Assembly (NCBI GenBank): GCA_017414715.1
Contig: JAFQKV010000061.1
Span: 1-55,207, forward strand
Origin: Clostridia bacterium
GTDB lineage: Bacteria; Bacillota; Clostridia; Oscillospirales; QAMX01
Direction: 5' to 3'
DNA length: 55,207 bases
Positions 7,692 to 17,389 of the stretch are shown here, in pieces; the first letter of the stretch is position 1; each line of letters begins with the position of its first letter. Position numbers and translations under genes: made by a program. Under the pieces are notes generated by a model. That model had not been told where the DNA came from. It did no database searches and was given only the letters and a program-made list of their open reading frames with translations.

Positions 7692-8744
7692 TTATTTCTC
7701 CAGCGTCCGCAGGAGCACCTGCGCATACAGGCGTGCAAGGAAGTCGTTTGGATGATTGACGTTATTGCCGCTCATATCATAATAGCGCTTGCGGGCAAGC
7801 AGATGCTTGTGCATATCGGTGATGTTCGCAACGGCGCAGGACTCTCCCTCAAGCTTCATAAGCTCAGGCAGATACTCTTCCTGATTGCCAAGGAAACGCG
7901 CGACGATGGCGTGCGGCATCATGGTGGAAATCAGGATAAATTCCACATTGGGATTCTGCTCACGGATGCAGTTCATAATACCGATGGTGCGGGTGATATA
8001 GTGCTCAACAGGAACGCGTCCGCTGCCGTCGTTCATGCCAAAGCCGATGATTGCAAGATCAGGCTTATGATCAGCGGCAAGCTCCTTTGCATTTTCGAGA
8101 CCCCAGCCTGTCGCAGTTCCACCGACAGCGGTATTCACCAGTTCGATCGGTGCGGAATACTTATCTTCAAGGGTACCGACAAGCATATCGAACCAGGCCT
8201 CGGCATAGGGGGCCGCCTCCACACGCTTGGTGGAGTTAGCGCCGGTGGAAATGCTGTCGCCGTAGACGAGGACCTTCAGCGGCTCTCCGCCTTCAAGCTT
8301 TGCGAGGGTCCTGGGAAGCAATCCTCCCTTTGCCCCGGGAACAGGACCGTTCCATTCCGCGCTGTGGCGATAGCTGACAGAAATCTGGCGGACATGCATG
8401 CCGTCCTTCTCGGCAAAGAAGATATGACCGCCGAAACGGCAGGGGAAGCTGCCGCAATCCTCGGGCTTATCCTCGAAGAAATAACCGTCGTAAGGAACGG
8501 TGGGAATAACGCCGTCAGACAGGATACGGAGTTTTCCCTCATGCAGGATATAATCCTTCCCCTCCGTATATAGCGTAGCCAGATCGGAGGAACGCACCTC
8601 GAGGATCTCATCCGCAGGATACATCAGCGCGATATCGTGCAGATGACCGTCCCGGCTTTCCAGGGGGAACACAGACTCATTTTCCGTAATGTTTCCTTGC
8701 CAGTAGTAACTGACATATGTGCTTCTTTCATAGCGGTCGCTCAT
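7692..8744 (-). CDS. SGNH/GDSL-family hydrolase
   Basis: 350 aa. Block I YGDSIS, block III GFGMNDG, block V NHPND. RBS AGGAGA upstream. Confidence 0.8.
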   Translation of the reverse strand: MSDRYERSTYVSYYWQGNITENESVFPLESRDGHLHDIALMYPADEILEVRSSDLATLYTEGKDYILHEGKLRILSDGVIPTVPYDGYFFEDKPEDCGSFPCRFGGHIFFAEKDGMHVRQISVSYRHSAEWNGPVPGAKGGLLPRTLAKLEGGEPLKVLVYGDSISTGANSTKRVEAAPYAEAWFDMLVGTLEDKYSAPIELVNTAVGGTATGWGLENAKELAADHKPDLAIIGFGMNDGSGRVPVEHYITRTIGIMNCIREQNPNVEFILISTMMPHAIVARFLGNQEEYLPELMKLEGESCAVANITDMHKHLLARKRYYDMSGNNVNHPNDFLARLYAQVLLRTLEK

Positions 8745-8828
8745 GATCTATCTCCTAATACATAATGTTGTGCCGGCGCAAGGAGGATCCCGGCGCCGGC
8801 CATTACCGGCGGTGATTTCAGCCCCGGT

Positions 8829-10502
8829 TTATTTGTTATTCATTTTGGCCCAGCTGTCCTTAAGGCTGACGATGCGGTTAAAGTTGCCGGGATTTTTGGA
8901 ATCCACACAGAAATATCCCTGACGGACAAACTGGAAACGCTCACCGGGTTTTGCATCGGCAAGGGAGATCTCCAGCTTTGCGCCGGAAAGGACAGACTTG
9001 GAGTCGCGATTGAGATAATCGTCATAGGTCTTGCCCTCTTCCATATCATCGATGTTTGCAATGGTAAAGAGGGAATCATAGAGACAGAGATCTGCATCCA
9101 CACAGTTGGAGGCAGAGACCCAGTGGATGGCACCGCGCACCTTGCGGCCGTCGGCGGGATTCTTGCCAAAGGTATCGGGATCCACGGTGCAGTAGAGGGT
9201 GGTGATATTTCCGTCATCATCCTTATCAAAGGAATTGCACTTGATAATATAAGATCCAATAAGACGCACCTCACCCTCGGGCTTCAGTCGCTGATACTTG
9301 GGCGGCGGGACCTCCGCAAAGTCAGCGCGCTCAATATAAAGCTCACGGGTGAAGGGAAGCTTTCTTGTGCCGGCGCTCTCATCCTCGGGATTGTTGACGA
9401 CCTCGGCGTATTCCACCTTATCCTCGGGATAGTTGGTCAGCACGACGCGGATGGGATCGGTGACCGCCATACGGCGCTGGGCGGTACGGTTGAGCTCATC
9501 ACGGATACAGTGCTCCAGCAGTCCGGAATCCACCACGCTGTAGGTCTTGGCAACGCCTGCACGGCGCACAAACTCCAGAATGGCAGAGGGCGTATAGCCG
9601 CGGCGGCGCAGGCCGCAGAGGGTAGGCATGCGGGGATCGTCCCAGCCATCCACGAGACCGGTCTCCACCAGCTGACGGAGATAACGCTTGCTCATGACTG
9701 TGTTGGTTACGTTCAGGCGGGCAAACTCACGCTGCTTGGGGCGGTGCGGCACGGGAACGTTCTCCACGACCCAGTCATAGAGGGGACGATGGTTCTCAAA
9801 CTCGATGGAGCAGAGAGAGTGGGTGATGCCCTCCAGGGCATCCTGGATGGGATGGGCAAAATCGTACATGGGATAAATGCACCAGCGGCTGCCCTGACGG
9901 TGATGATCGGTATGCAGAATACGGTAAATGACAGGGTCGCGCATATTGATATTGGGGGATGCCATATCGATCTTTGCGCGGAGGGTACGGCTGCCGTCGG
10001 CGAACTCACCCTTCTCCATGCGGGCAAAGAGATCCAGATTCTCCTCTACGCTGCGGTTGCGATAGGGGCTCTCCCGGCCGGGCTCGGTAAGGGTCCCGCG
10101 GTATTCGCGCATTTCCTCCTGGCTTAAGTCACAGACGTAGGCCTTCCCCTCACGGATGAGGTGAATGGCAAACTCATAGCACTTCTCAAAGTAGTCGGAT
10201 CCGTAGAAGATACCGCCGGAGGGCTCCTCACCCGTCAGCCACGTGATATCCTCATAGATGGACTTGACATACTCGTCCCCTTCCTTGACGGGATTGGTAT
10301 CGTCATAGCGGAGGTTAAAGATTCCGTTGTACTTTTTGGAGATGGAATAGTTGATCCAGATGGCCTTGGCGCTGCCGATGTGCAGATAGCCGTTGGGCTC
10401 CGGCGGAAAACGGGTATGGATACGCTCGGTAAGACCCGCAGCGATATCCTCGTCGATGATATCCTCGATAAAATTATTGCTTGTGTTCAGAATCTCGTCC
10501 AT
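8829..10502 (-). CDS. glnS: glutamine--tRNA ligase
   Basis: 557 aa. RFPPEPNGYLHIGSAKA (HIGH region) and VMSKR (KMSKS), with length and C-terminal beta-barrel region typical of GlnRS. Confidence 0.95.
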   Translation of the reverse strand: MDEILNTSNNFIEDIIDEDIAAGLTERIHTRFPPEPNGYLHIGSAKAIWINYSISKKYNGIFNLRYDDTNPVKEGDEYVKSIYEDITWLTGEEPSGGIFYGSDYFEKCYEFAIHLIREGKAYVCDLSQEEMREYRGTLTEPGRESPYRNRSVEENLDLFARMEKGEFADGSRTLRAKIDMASPNINMRDPVIYRILHTDHHRQGSRWCIYPMYDFAHPIQDALEGITHSLCSIEFENHRPLYDWVVENVPVPHRPKQREFARLNVTNTVMSKRYLRQLVETGLVDGWDDPRMPTLCGLRRRGYTPSAILEFVRRAGVAKTYSVVDSGLLEHCIRDELNRTAQRRMAVTDPIRVVLTNYPEDKVEYAEVVNNPEDESAGTRKLPFTRELYIERADFAEVPPPKYQRLKPEGEVRLIGSYIIKCNSFDKDDDGNITTLYCTVDPDTFGKNPADGRKVRGAIHWVSASNCVDADLCLYDSLFTIANIDDMEEGKTYDDYLNRDSKSVLSGAKLEISLADAKPGERFQFVRQGYFCVDSKNPGNFNRIVSLKDSWAKMNNK

Positions 10503-10533
10503 TTATGTTCATTTCCTTCCTAATTATCGGGTT

Positions 10534-12165
10534 TCAGGCCTTTGCGGCTGCAAGACAGCGGGCAGTCACTTTCTCTGCGCCGAGGATCTTCATGACCTCG
10601 TACATATCGGGAGAGCTTTCGCGTCCGGTGACAGCAACGCGCAGGCACATGCTGACATCACCGATGTGACCGCGGTACTTTTCAGGCTCTGCCTTGTAGG
10701 CCTTCATGTCGCCGGCATAGCCAACCGACTCGGCGATGGCACGGATGCCGTCAAACCATGCTGTCTGATCGGCGGTTTCATCATAGCTCTCCGCAAAGGC
10801 GGTAAGGATCTTTACGCGGTCGGCGGGCTCCACATTGGCGGGCATTTCCGCAGATACAGTGAAGAGCTCCTCAAAGAAGAAGGAAACATATTCCTTGACT
10901 TCCTTCCACAGAGCGATATCCTTGCGGGGCTTTGCACCGCCGCGACCGATACCGAGGATCCGGCGGCTGTAGTCGGGATCTCGCGTGAGCAGCGCATGCA
11001 GCTCGGGATCGTACTCCTCCGCCCAGCCGGTGACCTTATTGTAAACGGTTTCGGCATCCATGCGGGAAACGACGTTCTTGCAGACATCGTTGAGCTTTGC
11101 CATATCAAAAAGGCAGCCGGAGGGGCTCATCTTCTTGATGGCGAAGGGGAACTTATCGATATCCTCGTTGGGATTTGCACGGCGCCAGTCCTCAAAATTG
11201 GAATTGAGAAGAGTCATAACGTATTCCGTCACGCACTCGGGAGCATAGCCCTCGGAGAAATAATAGGTGATGCCGGCACCGGCATCGCGCTTGGAAAGTT
11301 TCTTCTTTGCCGTACCCTCCAGCCGCATAAGCTGGGAGATGTGCATATACTTCGGCAGCCTGAAGCCCAGAGCCTGGAAGAGCTGCACGTGGTACGGAAG
11401 GCTCGGCAGCCACTCCTCACCGCGGATGACGTGGGTGGTGCGCATGAGGTGATCGTCCACCGCGTGGGCCATGTGGTAGGTGGGAATTCCGTCGCTTTTC
11501 AGGAGGACGTGGTCGATGGAGTTCTCGGTGATCTCAAGATTTCCCTTGATAAGGTCGGTGATCTTGACCTTATTCTCGGCATTTCCGTTGGAGCGGAAGC
11601 GGAGAACGAAGGGCTTTCCGGCCTTGAGATTTGCCTCCACCTCCTCATAGGACAGATCTCGGCAGCGGACGTATTCACCGTAGTAGCCGGGAGTCACCTT
11701 GGCCTCCTCCTGACGGGCGCGGAGCTCATCCAGCTCCTCTGCGGAACAGAAGCAGGGGTAGGCATGTCCGTTGGCCACCAGATATTTGGCGTAGCACTGA
11801 TAAATGGCCTTGCGGTCGCTCTGACGGTAGGGGCCGTAGTCGCCGCCGTGAACGATGCTCTCGTCAAAGCGGATGCCGAAGTGCTCAAAGGCACGGATGA
11901 TATCCATCTCGGCACCCTCGACCTCACGCTTGGAGTCGGTGTCCTCAATGCGGAGCATGAATACACCGCCGGACTGATGGGCAAGGCGCTCACAGACCGT
12001 TACGGGAAAAAGACCGCCAAAATGCACAAAACCCGTTGGACTCGGGGCAAAGCGGGTGACCTTTGCCCCCTCCGGCAGATCGCGCGGGGGATATTTTTCC
12101 TCATAATATTCCGGCGTTTTGTCGATATCCGGGTACAGCAGCTGCGCCAGTTTCTGATAATCCAT
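10534..12165 (-). CDS. gltX: glutamate--tRNA ligase
   Basis: 543 aa. RFAPSPTGFVHFGG (HIGH variant) and KLSKR (KMSKS). RBS GGAGGA upstream. Confidence 0.92.
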   Translation of the reverse strand: MDYQKLAQLLYPDIDKTPEYYEEKYPPRDLPEGAKVTRFAPSPTGFVHFGGLFPVTVCERLAHQSGGVFMLRIEDTDSKREVEGAEMDIIRAFEHFGIRFDESIVHGGDYGPYRQSDRKAIYQCYAKYLVANGHAYPCFCSAEELDELRARQEEAKVTPGYYGEYVRCRDLSYEEVEANLKAGKPFVLRFRSNGNAENKVKITDLIKGNLEITENSIDHVLLKSDGIPTYHMAHAVDDHLMRTTHVIRGEEWLPSLPYHVQLFQALGFRLPKYMHISQLMRLEGTAKKKLSKRDAGAGITYYFSEGYAPECVTEYVMTLLNSNFEDWRRANPNEDIDKFPFAIKKMSPSGCLFDMAKLNDVCKNVVSRMDAETVYNKVTGWAEEYDPELHALLTRDPDYSRRILGIGRGGAKPRKDIALWKEVKEYVSFFFEELFTVSAEMPANVEPADRVKILTAFAESYDETADQTAWFDGIRAIAESVGYAGDMKAYKAEPEKYRGHIGDVSMCLRVAVTGRESSPDMYEVMKILGAEKVTARCLAAAKA

Positions 12166-12195
12166 TTTTATTAATCCTCCAAAAAGGTTGACTTC

Positions 12196-12813
12196 TTATT
12201 TGCGTTTGCGGAGATTCATTGCACGGCTGAGCTTTCCGCGCAGCTCATATCGCAGCCCGAGGCGGGTGCGAACAAGCTCGGCAAGCTGACGAACATCCTC
12301 CTCACTGCCGGAAACGAGTTCCAGCTCCAGCTCCGTGAAGCTGCGGCGTATATCTCCCCTGCGCAGAACGCCGCGGTCAATGGCAATTTCCACCGTGCAG
12401 CCGCGATAACGCGCCTCACAGCATCGGCGCAGGTAATCCGTTCTCGCGATGGGTACAAGAGCAGTTTTGCCGGAGATGATGTCCTCCACCGGGGGAAGCT
12501 GGATGGATATATCCAGGGATTTCAACGCCCCGGGAATATCCGCACCGTCGAAATCCGACTCCCACTCGTGTCTCGCCCCACCAGGAGCCGCCGTTTTGAC
12601 GGTAACAACGTGACGGCCGTCCACTCTGCGATGACGCAGGGCGATACGTGCCTGCCGCACAGCACCGTCGCTGGAGTCAAAATAGGTGTTCTCCTGCATA
12701 TGCTCACTCCAACAGCCAAGGGTCACGCCCTCGACGGCGGAGATAGCCGACTCAATCGTCCTGTTTTTCAGGTATCTCGGCAGCGCCAGCTTGATTTCAA
12801 ATTCAATGGCCAT
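12196..12813 (-). CDS. CYTH-domain protein (triphosphate tunnel metalloenzyme family)
   Basis: Start chosen at the ATG at 12813 (MAIEFEIKL..., the N-terminal ExExK signature), preceded by GGGAGGAAAC. This is one nucleotide after the stop of the upstream gene. The ORF-track start at 12966 lies inside that gene. Confidence 0.8.
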   Translation of the reverse strand: MAIEFEIKLALPRYLKNRTIESAISAVEGVTLGCWSEHMQENTYFDSSDGAVRQARIALRHRRVDGRHVVTVKTAAPGGARHEWESDFDGADIPGALKSLDISIQLPPVEDIISGKTALVPIARTDYLRRCCEARYRGCTVEIAIDRGVLRRGDIRRSFTELELELVSGSEEDVRQLAELVRTRLGLRYELRGKLSRAMNLRKRK

Positions 12814-12814
12814 T

Positions 12815-14851
12815 TCAGCGGTTTCCTCCCATATCAGAGCGCACGGGATCCCGGATCCATTCAAGGAAGAGAAAAACGCCAAGGCAAAAAACCGGCACCA
12901 GTGCAAAGGGAAGTGACATACGCCACGCACCAAGGCTGACCGCAGTAAATCCGCAGGCAGAGGCAAGTCCCTCTACGGAAAAGAACAGCACAGGAAGTGC
13001 CAGGGCCGCTGCTGCGGCAATATAGGCCGCTGGATGGCGGCGTAGAAGCCCGGAAGGTGCAATGCTGATACCGCAGCCGTAGGCAAAAACCTGCAGTGCC
13101 GTACTCATAAGCAGTGCCGCAACCGCAAGACTGACTGCCTGCGCAGACTGTTCGGGATACATCAGCGGCACAGAGATAAGGGGAACCGTAACAGAAGCCG
13201 CCGAAAGGCTCCAGCACAGCATGGAAAAAACACGCTTTGCAGGGGTATGCAGACGGTCACGTCCCATCTCCCGGGGAGTCTCGCTGTTTTTATACATCAG
13301 GGATACGCAAAGTGCCGCGGCCCAGCCGAATATTCCGGCAAAAAGAGCCACCGCAGGCGTGACACAGGCCGTAAAGCTTTGCATGATAACGGCACAAAGA
13401 ACGGGCCACAGCAGGGAAACAGAAATGAGACCAAGGCGTGCGGCTGCAAAGCCCTGGGCTGCGCGCTCCGCGTTTCTGCGCATTTTAATGCAAAGCATCA
13501 GTTTCTCACAGCTCTCGCGGCCGGAGAAGCCCGCTCGGACTGAGCTTCCGCCGCAGGAAATCTCCTGCATGCCGATATAGGCGGGACGATGCCTCTCGGT
13601 TCGGAAAGCGTTCAGAATCTGCTCCGTCTCCTGCTGCGATATCTCCGCAAAGAGACGGTGGGAAGCGATCTCCCTTGTCTCCGGCGGAATATTGCGGCCA
13701 GAAAGCTCCCGTCCGGTCATAAACCTTGTCACGGAAAGGCCGCACATTTCCGCAAGGCCGAAGATGACCTCACGGGCACCGGTGCCGGCAAAGCCGATGT
13801 CGATCCCGGCATCACGCATGGCGGCAACGGTCTTCTTCAGATCGCCCTCCCGGGACATACCGAAGCCGACCATGCCGAGAAAAACGGTGATGCCGCGGGA
13901 CGGCATGTGCATGGCATACGCAAAGGGGCGGCAGCCACGCTTTTTCATAGTCAGGCGCGCCTTGGCCACGTTGGCCAGCTCCTCACGTGTCAGGGGCTCG
14001 GGGCGCTCACCGTAGAAGCAATGTGTGCAGCGGGCAAGAACATCCGCACAGCTGCCTTTGATAAACATGACGGGAGTATCTCCCTGCAGCTCACGGCTGA
14101 GCGTAACGCCCTTCTCCTCCCTCTGATCCAACAGACGAAAATCTGCCTCATGCCGGCTGCTTTTCATCAAAAGCTCGGAAAGAGCGTTGATATTCACGCC
14201 CTCGCCGAGACAACTGACGGACGCATGAATAAGATGGCGCTGGGCATCGGCATCCAGTGCGCTCATATAGCTCAGCTCTCCGGCGTAGAAAAACTTCGGC
14301 GGGAGAAGATCATAGCGGGAGAAAACGTCAGGGTTGATGATCGCTACATCTGCATTGCCGAGCACATAAGGATCATCGGAGTTTTCCAGCACCTCATCTC
14401 CGCGAAGCAGACGGAGGTTGAGGGCAAAGCAGGAGGCGGCAACAACATCCTCCGCACCAAAAAGACCAACGGCAACACCAAGCCCGCCAAAAAGGTCGCG
14501 CAGCGTAGAAAAGACAGACATGTCCGCAAAAACGGCGATCAGGCCAAAAAACACGGCAAGTCCGCCGCAGGCCAGCGAAAGCAGCCGCTCGTTCACATCC
14601 TTTTTTCCCGCCCGGGGAAGCTCTGCTCCGCAGGAGGGACCGCGAAGCACGCGCGTAACCGCCCAAAGCGCTGCAAACAGCAGCGCCGAAAGGGTGGTCA
14701 CGATGCCTTTTCCGATTTCTCCCGCCGCAAGAGCGAGAAGTCCGGAAAGCAGCGCGATCCAGACCGGAGGAACAGCCAGTTCCTTCAGAACCACCTGCCG
14801 CCGGTCACTGTTTTTATTCAGAACAGAATATATCCGCTCCGTAAATTTCAT
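12815..14851 (-). CDS. integral membrane protein homologous to type-II P-type ATPases but lacking all catalytic motifs
   Basis: 678 aa with about 4 N-terminal and 6 C-terminal TM helices. The central region is colinear with the P/N domains. LGNADVAIINPDVF sits where LG..VICSDKTGTLT is expected, and KGSCADVLARC matches KGAPE..L..C. FLGMVGFGMSREGDLKKTVAAMRDAGIDIGFAGTGA sits where LG..G..DP.R......I..C..AGI.V.MITGD is expected. No TGES, DKTGT, TGD or GDGxND motif is present. Confidence 0.75.
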   Translation of the reverse strand: MKFTERIYSVLNKNSDRRQVVLKELAVPPVWIALLSGLLALAAGEIGKGIVTTLSALLFAALWAVTRVLRGPSCGAELPRAGKKDVNERLLSLACGGLAVFFGLIAVFADMSVFSTLRDLFGGLGVAVGLFGAEDVVAASCFALNLRLLRGDEVLENSDDPYVLGNADVAIINPDVFSRYDLLPPKFFYAGELSYMSALDADAQRHLIHASVSCLGEGVNINALSELLMKSSRHEADFRLLDQREEKGVTLSRELQGDTPVMFIKGSCADVLARCTHCFYGERPEPLTREELANVAKARLTMKKRGCRPFAYAMHMPSRGITVFLGMVGFGMSREGDLKKTVAAMRDAGIDIGFAGTGAREVIFGLAEMCGLSVTRFMTGRELSGRNIPPETREIASHRLFAEISQQETEQILNAFRTERHRPAYIGMQEISCGGSSVRAGFSGRESCEKLMLCIKMRRNAERAAQGFAAARLGLISVSLLWPVLCAVIMQSFTACVTPAVALFAGIFGWAAALCVSLMYKNSETPREMGRDRLHTPAKRVFSMLCWSLSAASVTVPLISVPLMYPEQSAQAVSLAVAALLMSTALQVFAYGCGISIAPSGLLRRHPAAYIAAAAALALPVLFFSVEGLASACGFTAVSLGAWRMSLPFALVPVFCLGVFLFLEWIRDPVRSDMGGNR

Positions 14852-15267
14852 CAGTCGTCCACTCCGTGTACCACGATATTATCAATGCCGTTGTTTGCAA
14901 ATTCCTCGGCGTACTTCTCCGTCAGCGCGTCAAGCTCCACTTTGTTTGCGCCGTCCACATCCAGCCCCTGCAGATCGCGCCGGGCGAGCTCCTCGGCAAG
15001 GATATTGAAAAAAACCGTATCCTCATAGTCCATGATCGCCTCGTGGATGCCGCCGGCAGCATAGGCCTCGGAGGGATAACCGGTCCCACCGTCCATCACC
15101 GCAAGCTGCGGCATGCCCGCCTCCCGGCAGAAGGCAAAGATCTTGCTTGCCACCGCGTCATACTCACCGATACGGTCGGGCCCCCTCTGTGAGTTGAGCA
15201 CCCAGTTGCCCGTGTATATCAGATCAAGAAGCAGTCGGAATTCCCGTTTTCCAAGTTCGATCCTCAA
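14851..15267 (-). CDS. hypothetical protein (138 aa), translationally coupled to the downstream ATPase-like gene
   Basis: ORF opens with TTG at 15267, with GGGGGGTG upstream. Its stop shares one base with the next ATG (TGATG at 14849-14853). I recognise no family. Confidence 0.5.
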   Translation of the reverse strand: MRIELGKREFRLLLDLIYTGNWVLNSQRGPDRIGEYDAVASKIFAFCREAGMPQLAVMDGGTGYPSEAYAAGGIHEAIMDYEDTVFFNILAEELARRDLQGLDVDGANKVELDALTEKYAEEFANNGIDNIVVHGVDD

Positions 15268-15387
15268 GCACCTGCACCCCCCGTTCGCTGTTTATCTGCG
15301 GTCAAAGACCGCCCATTATCTATTTAGCTTTAATATTATATACTAACCGTTCGTGTTTTTCCATAGTCTTGCGCAAATTTTTCTCTC

Positions 15388-16140
15388 TTAAAGGGCAAGA
15401 TCCATCAACATCATCAGTGCAAAGCCGCAAACGGTACCGAACATCCCTGCACGGGTGCGCCCGCACTCCGGTGCAAGCTCACCGAAAACCACCCATATCA
15501 TGGCTCCCGCAGCAAAAGAAAGGGCAAAGGGAAGCATCGGGCGGAATATCTGCACAAGCAAAGCACCGAGCACACCGCCCACCGGCTCCACAAGGCCCGA
15601 AAACTGCCCCCAGAAGAGACTTTTTCCACGGGAATATCCCGCACGCCGAAGCGGTGCCGCCACCGCAAACCCCTCCGGCAGGTTCTGAAGCGCAATACCG
15701 ATGGCAAGCATCCACGCCCCCGGCATATCCGCACCGGGAATCTGTGCTGCCGCCGCGCCAAAGGCAACACCGACGGCAAGCCCCTCCGGCAAATTGTGAA
15801 GCGTCACGGAAAGAACAAGGAGAAGGTCACGGTCTTTCCTGCCCCCGCCCCGGCGCTGCAGAATCTCCGCCGTCAAAGCAAGAAACAGACAGCCGCAGAC
15901 AAAGCCAGCCGTTACGGGAACATAAGGACGTGCCTCCATGGATTCCGCAAGCTCCACCGCAGGCGACAGCAGGCTCCAGAAGGACGCGGCACACATAACC
16001 CCTCCGGCAAAGCCCACCGCGGGCTGCCACAGTCGGCTGTTATCTGACCGCATAAAAAGCGCTGCCGCGGCCCCTGCAGCCGTAAGTGCCCAGGTCATCA
16101 CCGTCGCTGCAAAGGCCGCAATCACCGGATCTGTCGGCAT
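15388..16140 (-). CDS. ZIP-family divalent metal (zinc) transporter
   Basis: Duplicated HNLPEGLAVG / QNLPEGFAV motifs and about 8 TM helices. Start chosen at the ATG at 16140 (MPTDPV...), preceded by GAAAGGTGGTG. Confidence 0.9.
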   Translation of the reverse strand: MPTDPVIAAFAATVMTWALTAAGAAAALFMRSDNSRLWQPAVGFAGGVMCAASFWSLLSPAVELAESMEARPYVPVTAGFVCGCLFLALTAEILQRRGGGRKDRDLLLVLSVTLHNLPEGLAVGVAFGAAAAQIPGADMPGAWMLAIGIALQNLPEGFAVAAPLRRAGYSRGKSLFWGQFSGLVEPVGGVLGALLVQIFRPMLPFALSFAAGAMIWVVFGELAPECGRTRAGMFGTVCGFALMMLMDLAL

Positions 16141-16284
16141 AAAAGCACCACCTTTCTCCGCCGTATACATCCCGCATGATCCTATGCCGCGGCCTGCGTA
16201 CCCGTTCCGCTATTGCCATTGACCCGGGTTTATGCTAAAATACAGGCAGAAAAATCCATGATTTCAGAAAGGACGGACCCTGTC

Positions 16285-17346
16285 ATGTTAAAAAAACTGC
16301 TCACATCCAGAAGTGTTCCGCCGCTTCCGCACGCAGTCTCTCCCGCGGAATGGGAGACACTGCGCCCTGAGATGCTGAAAAGCCTGCAGGACAATGTCTA
16401 CGGACGTATGCCCGCGGCTGTTCCCGTCACCTCAAACATCACCGAGCGTGACCCTGCTTTTCTTGCTAACCGGGCAATTTACGATAAAGTCACCATTTCC
16501 TTTGCTTATGCGGGGCGCGACTACAGCTTCCCAGTGCAGATCATTCAACCAAAGTTCCGGCGCAAGGTGCCATATTTTATTACACTCTCATTTCGCTCAT
16601 CGGTCTTTGACCGATATCTTCCCGCCGAGGAAATTGTCTCCAGGGGTTTTGGTATCGCCATCGTGCAATATACCTCTGTTGCCGGGGATGATAACGATTT
16701 CGAGTCCGGTCTCGGCCCCATGGCCGACGACCGCACCGCACCCGATGCCCCCGGCAAGATCGCGCTTTGGGCGTATGCAGCCTCCCGTACGGCGGATTAT
16801 CTGCTGACCCGACCTGAATGCGATGCAAAAAATCTCATCGTAATCGGCCACTCCCGTCTTGGCAAGACTGCTCTGGTGTGCGGTGCCCATGACGAGCGCT
16901 TTGCCTTTGTCATTTCCAACGATTCCGGCTGCTCCGGTGCCGCAATCACCCGCGGAAAATATGGAGAGGACATCGCATTCATCACAAAGACCTTTCCCTA
17001 CTGGTTTGCACCGAGATACGCCGAATATGCAGACAGGGAGAACGCACTTCCCTTTGATCAGCACTGGCTGCTTGCCCTTACCGCGCCGCGGCACCTGCTT
17101 GTAGGCAGTGCAGTGGAGGATACCTGGGCAGATCCCGCCTCGGAATTTCTGTCCTGCCGTGCAGCTTCCCCCGCATGGGAGCTCTACGGTCTGCCCGGTC
17201 TGCGCAGCTTCGATCGACTGGCCGTACCCGGAGAGAAATATCACGAAGGCTATATCGGCTATCACCTCCGTCCCGGCGCACACTTCATGGCGCGGACCGA
17301 CTGGTGCCGGTACATGGATTATATCGCCGCACACAGGAACAAATGA
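16285..17346 (+). CDS. alpha/beta hydrolase, glucuronoyl-esterase (CE15)-like
   Basis: The nucleophile motif GHSRLGKTAL resembles the CE15 G-C-S-R-x-G-K motif. Start chosen at the ATG at 16285 (MLKKLL...), after GAAAGGA. The function call rests on motif-level similarity only. Confidence 0.65.
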   Translation: MLKKLLTSRSVPPLPHAVSPAEWETLRPEMLKSLQDNVYGRMPAAVPVTSNITERDPAFLANRAIYDKVTISFAYAGRDYSFPVQIIQPKFRRKVPYFITLSFRSSVFDRYLPAEEIVSRGFGIAIVQYTSVAGDDNDFESGLGPMADDRTAPDAPGKIALWAYAASRTADYLLTRPECDAKNLIVIGHSRLGKTALVCGAHDERFAFVISNDSGCSGAAITRGKYGEDIAFITKTFPYWFAPRYAEYADRENALPFDQHWLLALTAPRHLLVGSAVEDTWADPASEFLSCRAASPAWELYGLPGLRSFDRLAVPGEKYHEGYIGYHLRPGAHFMARTDWCRYMDYIAAHRNK

Positions 17347-17389
17347 TCACAGCGCGGGAGACCCCGTATTTCGGGATCTCCCGCGCATT

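Noticed and set aside
2736-15028. Other long opposite-strand ORFs: 2736-4247, 6131-6925, 6715-7680, 7686-8573, 9123-10127, 10393-12174 and 13589-15028.
   Set aside because: Each lies fully inside a confidently identified gene, or spans two of them, on the other strand. None has a convincing start signal or recognisable motifs.
16141-16284. A Zur or other metal-regulator operator, and a clear promoter, in the divergent ZIP transporter / esterase intergenic region.
   Set aside because: I saw only a TGCTAAAAT extended -10-like element with no properly spaced -35. No convincing palindrome was present.
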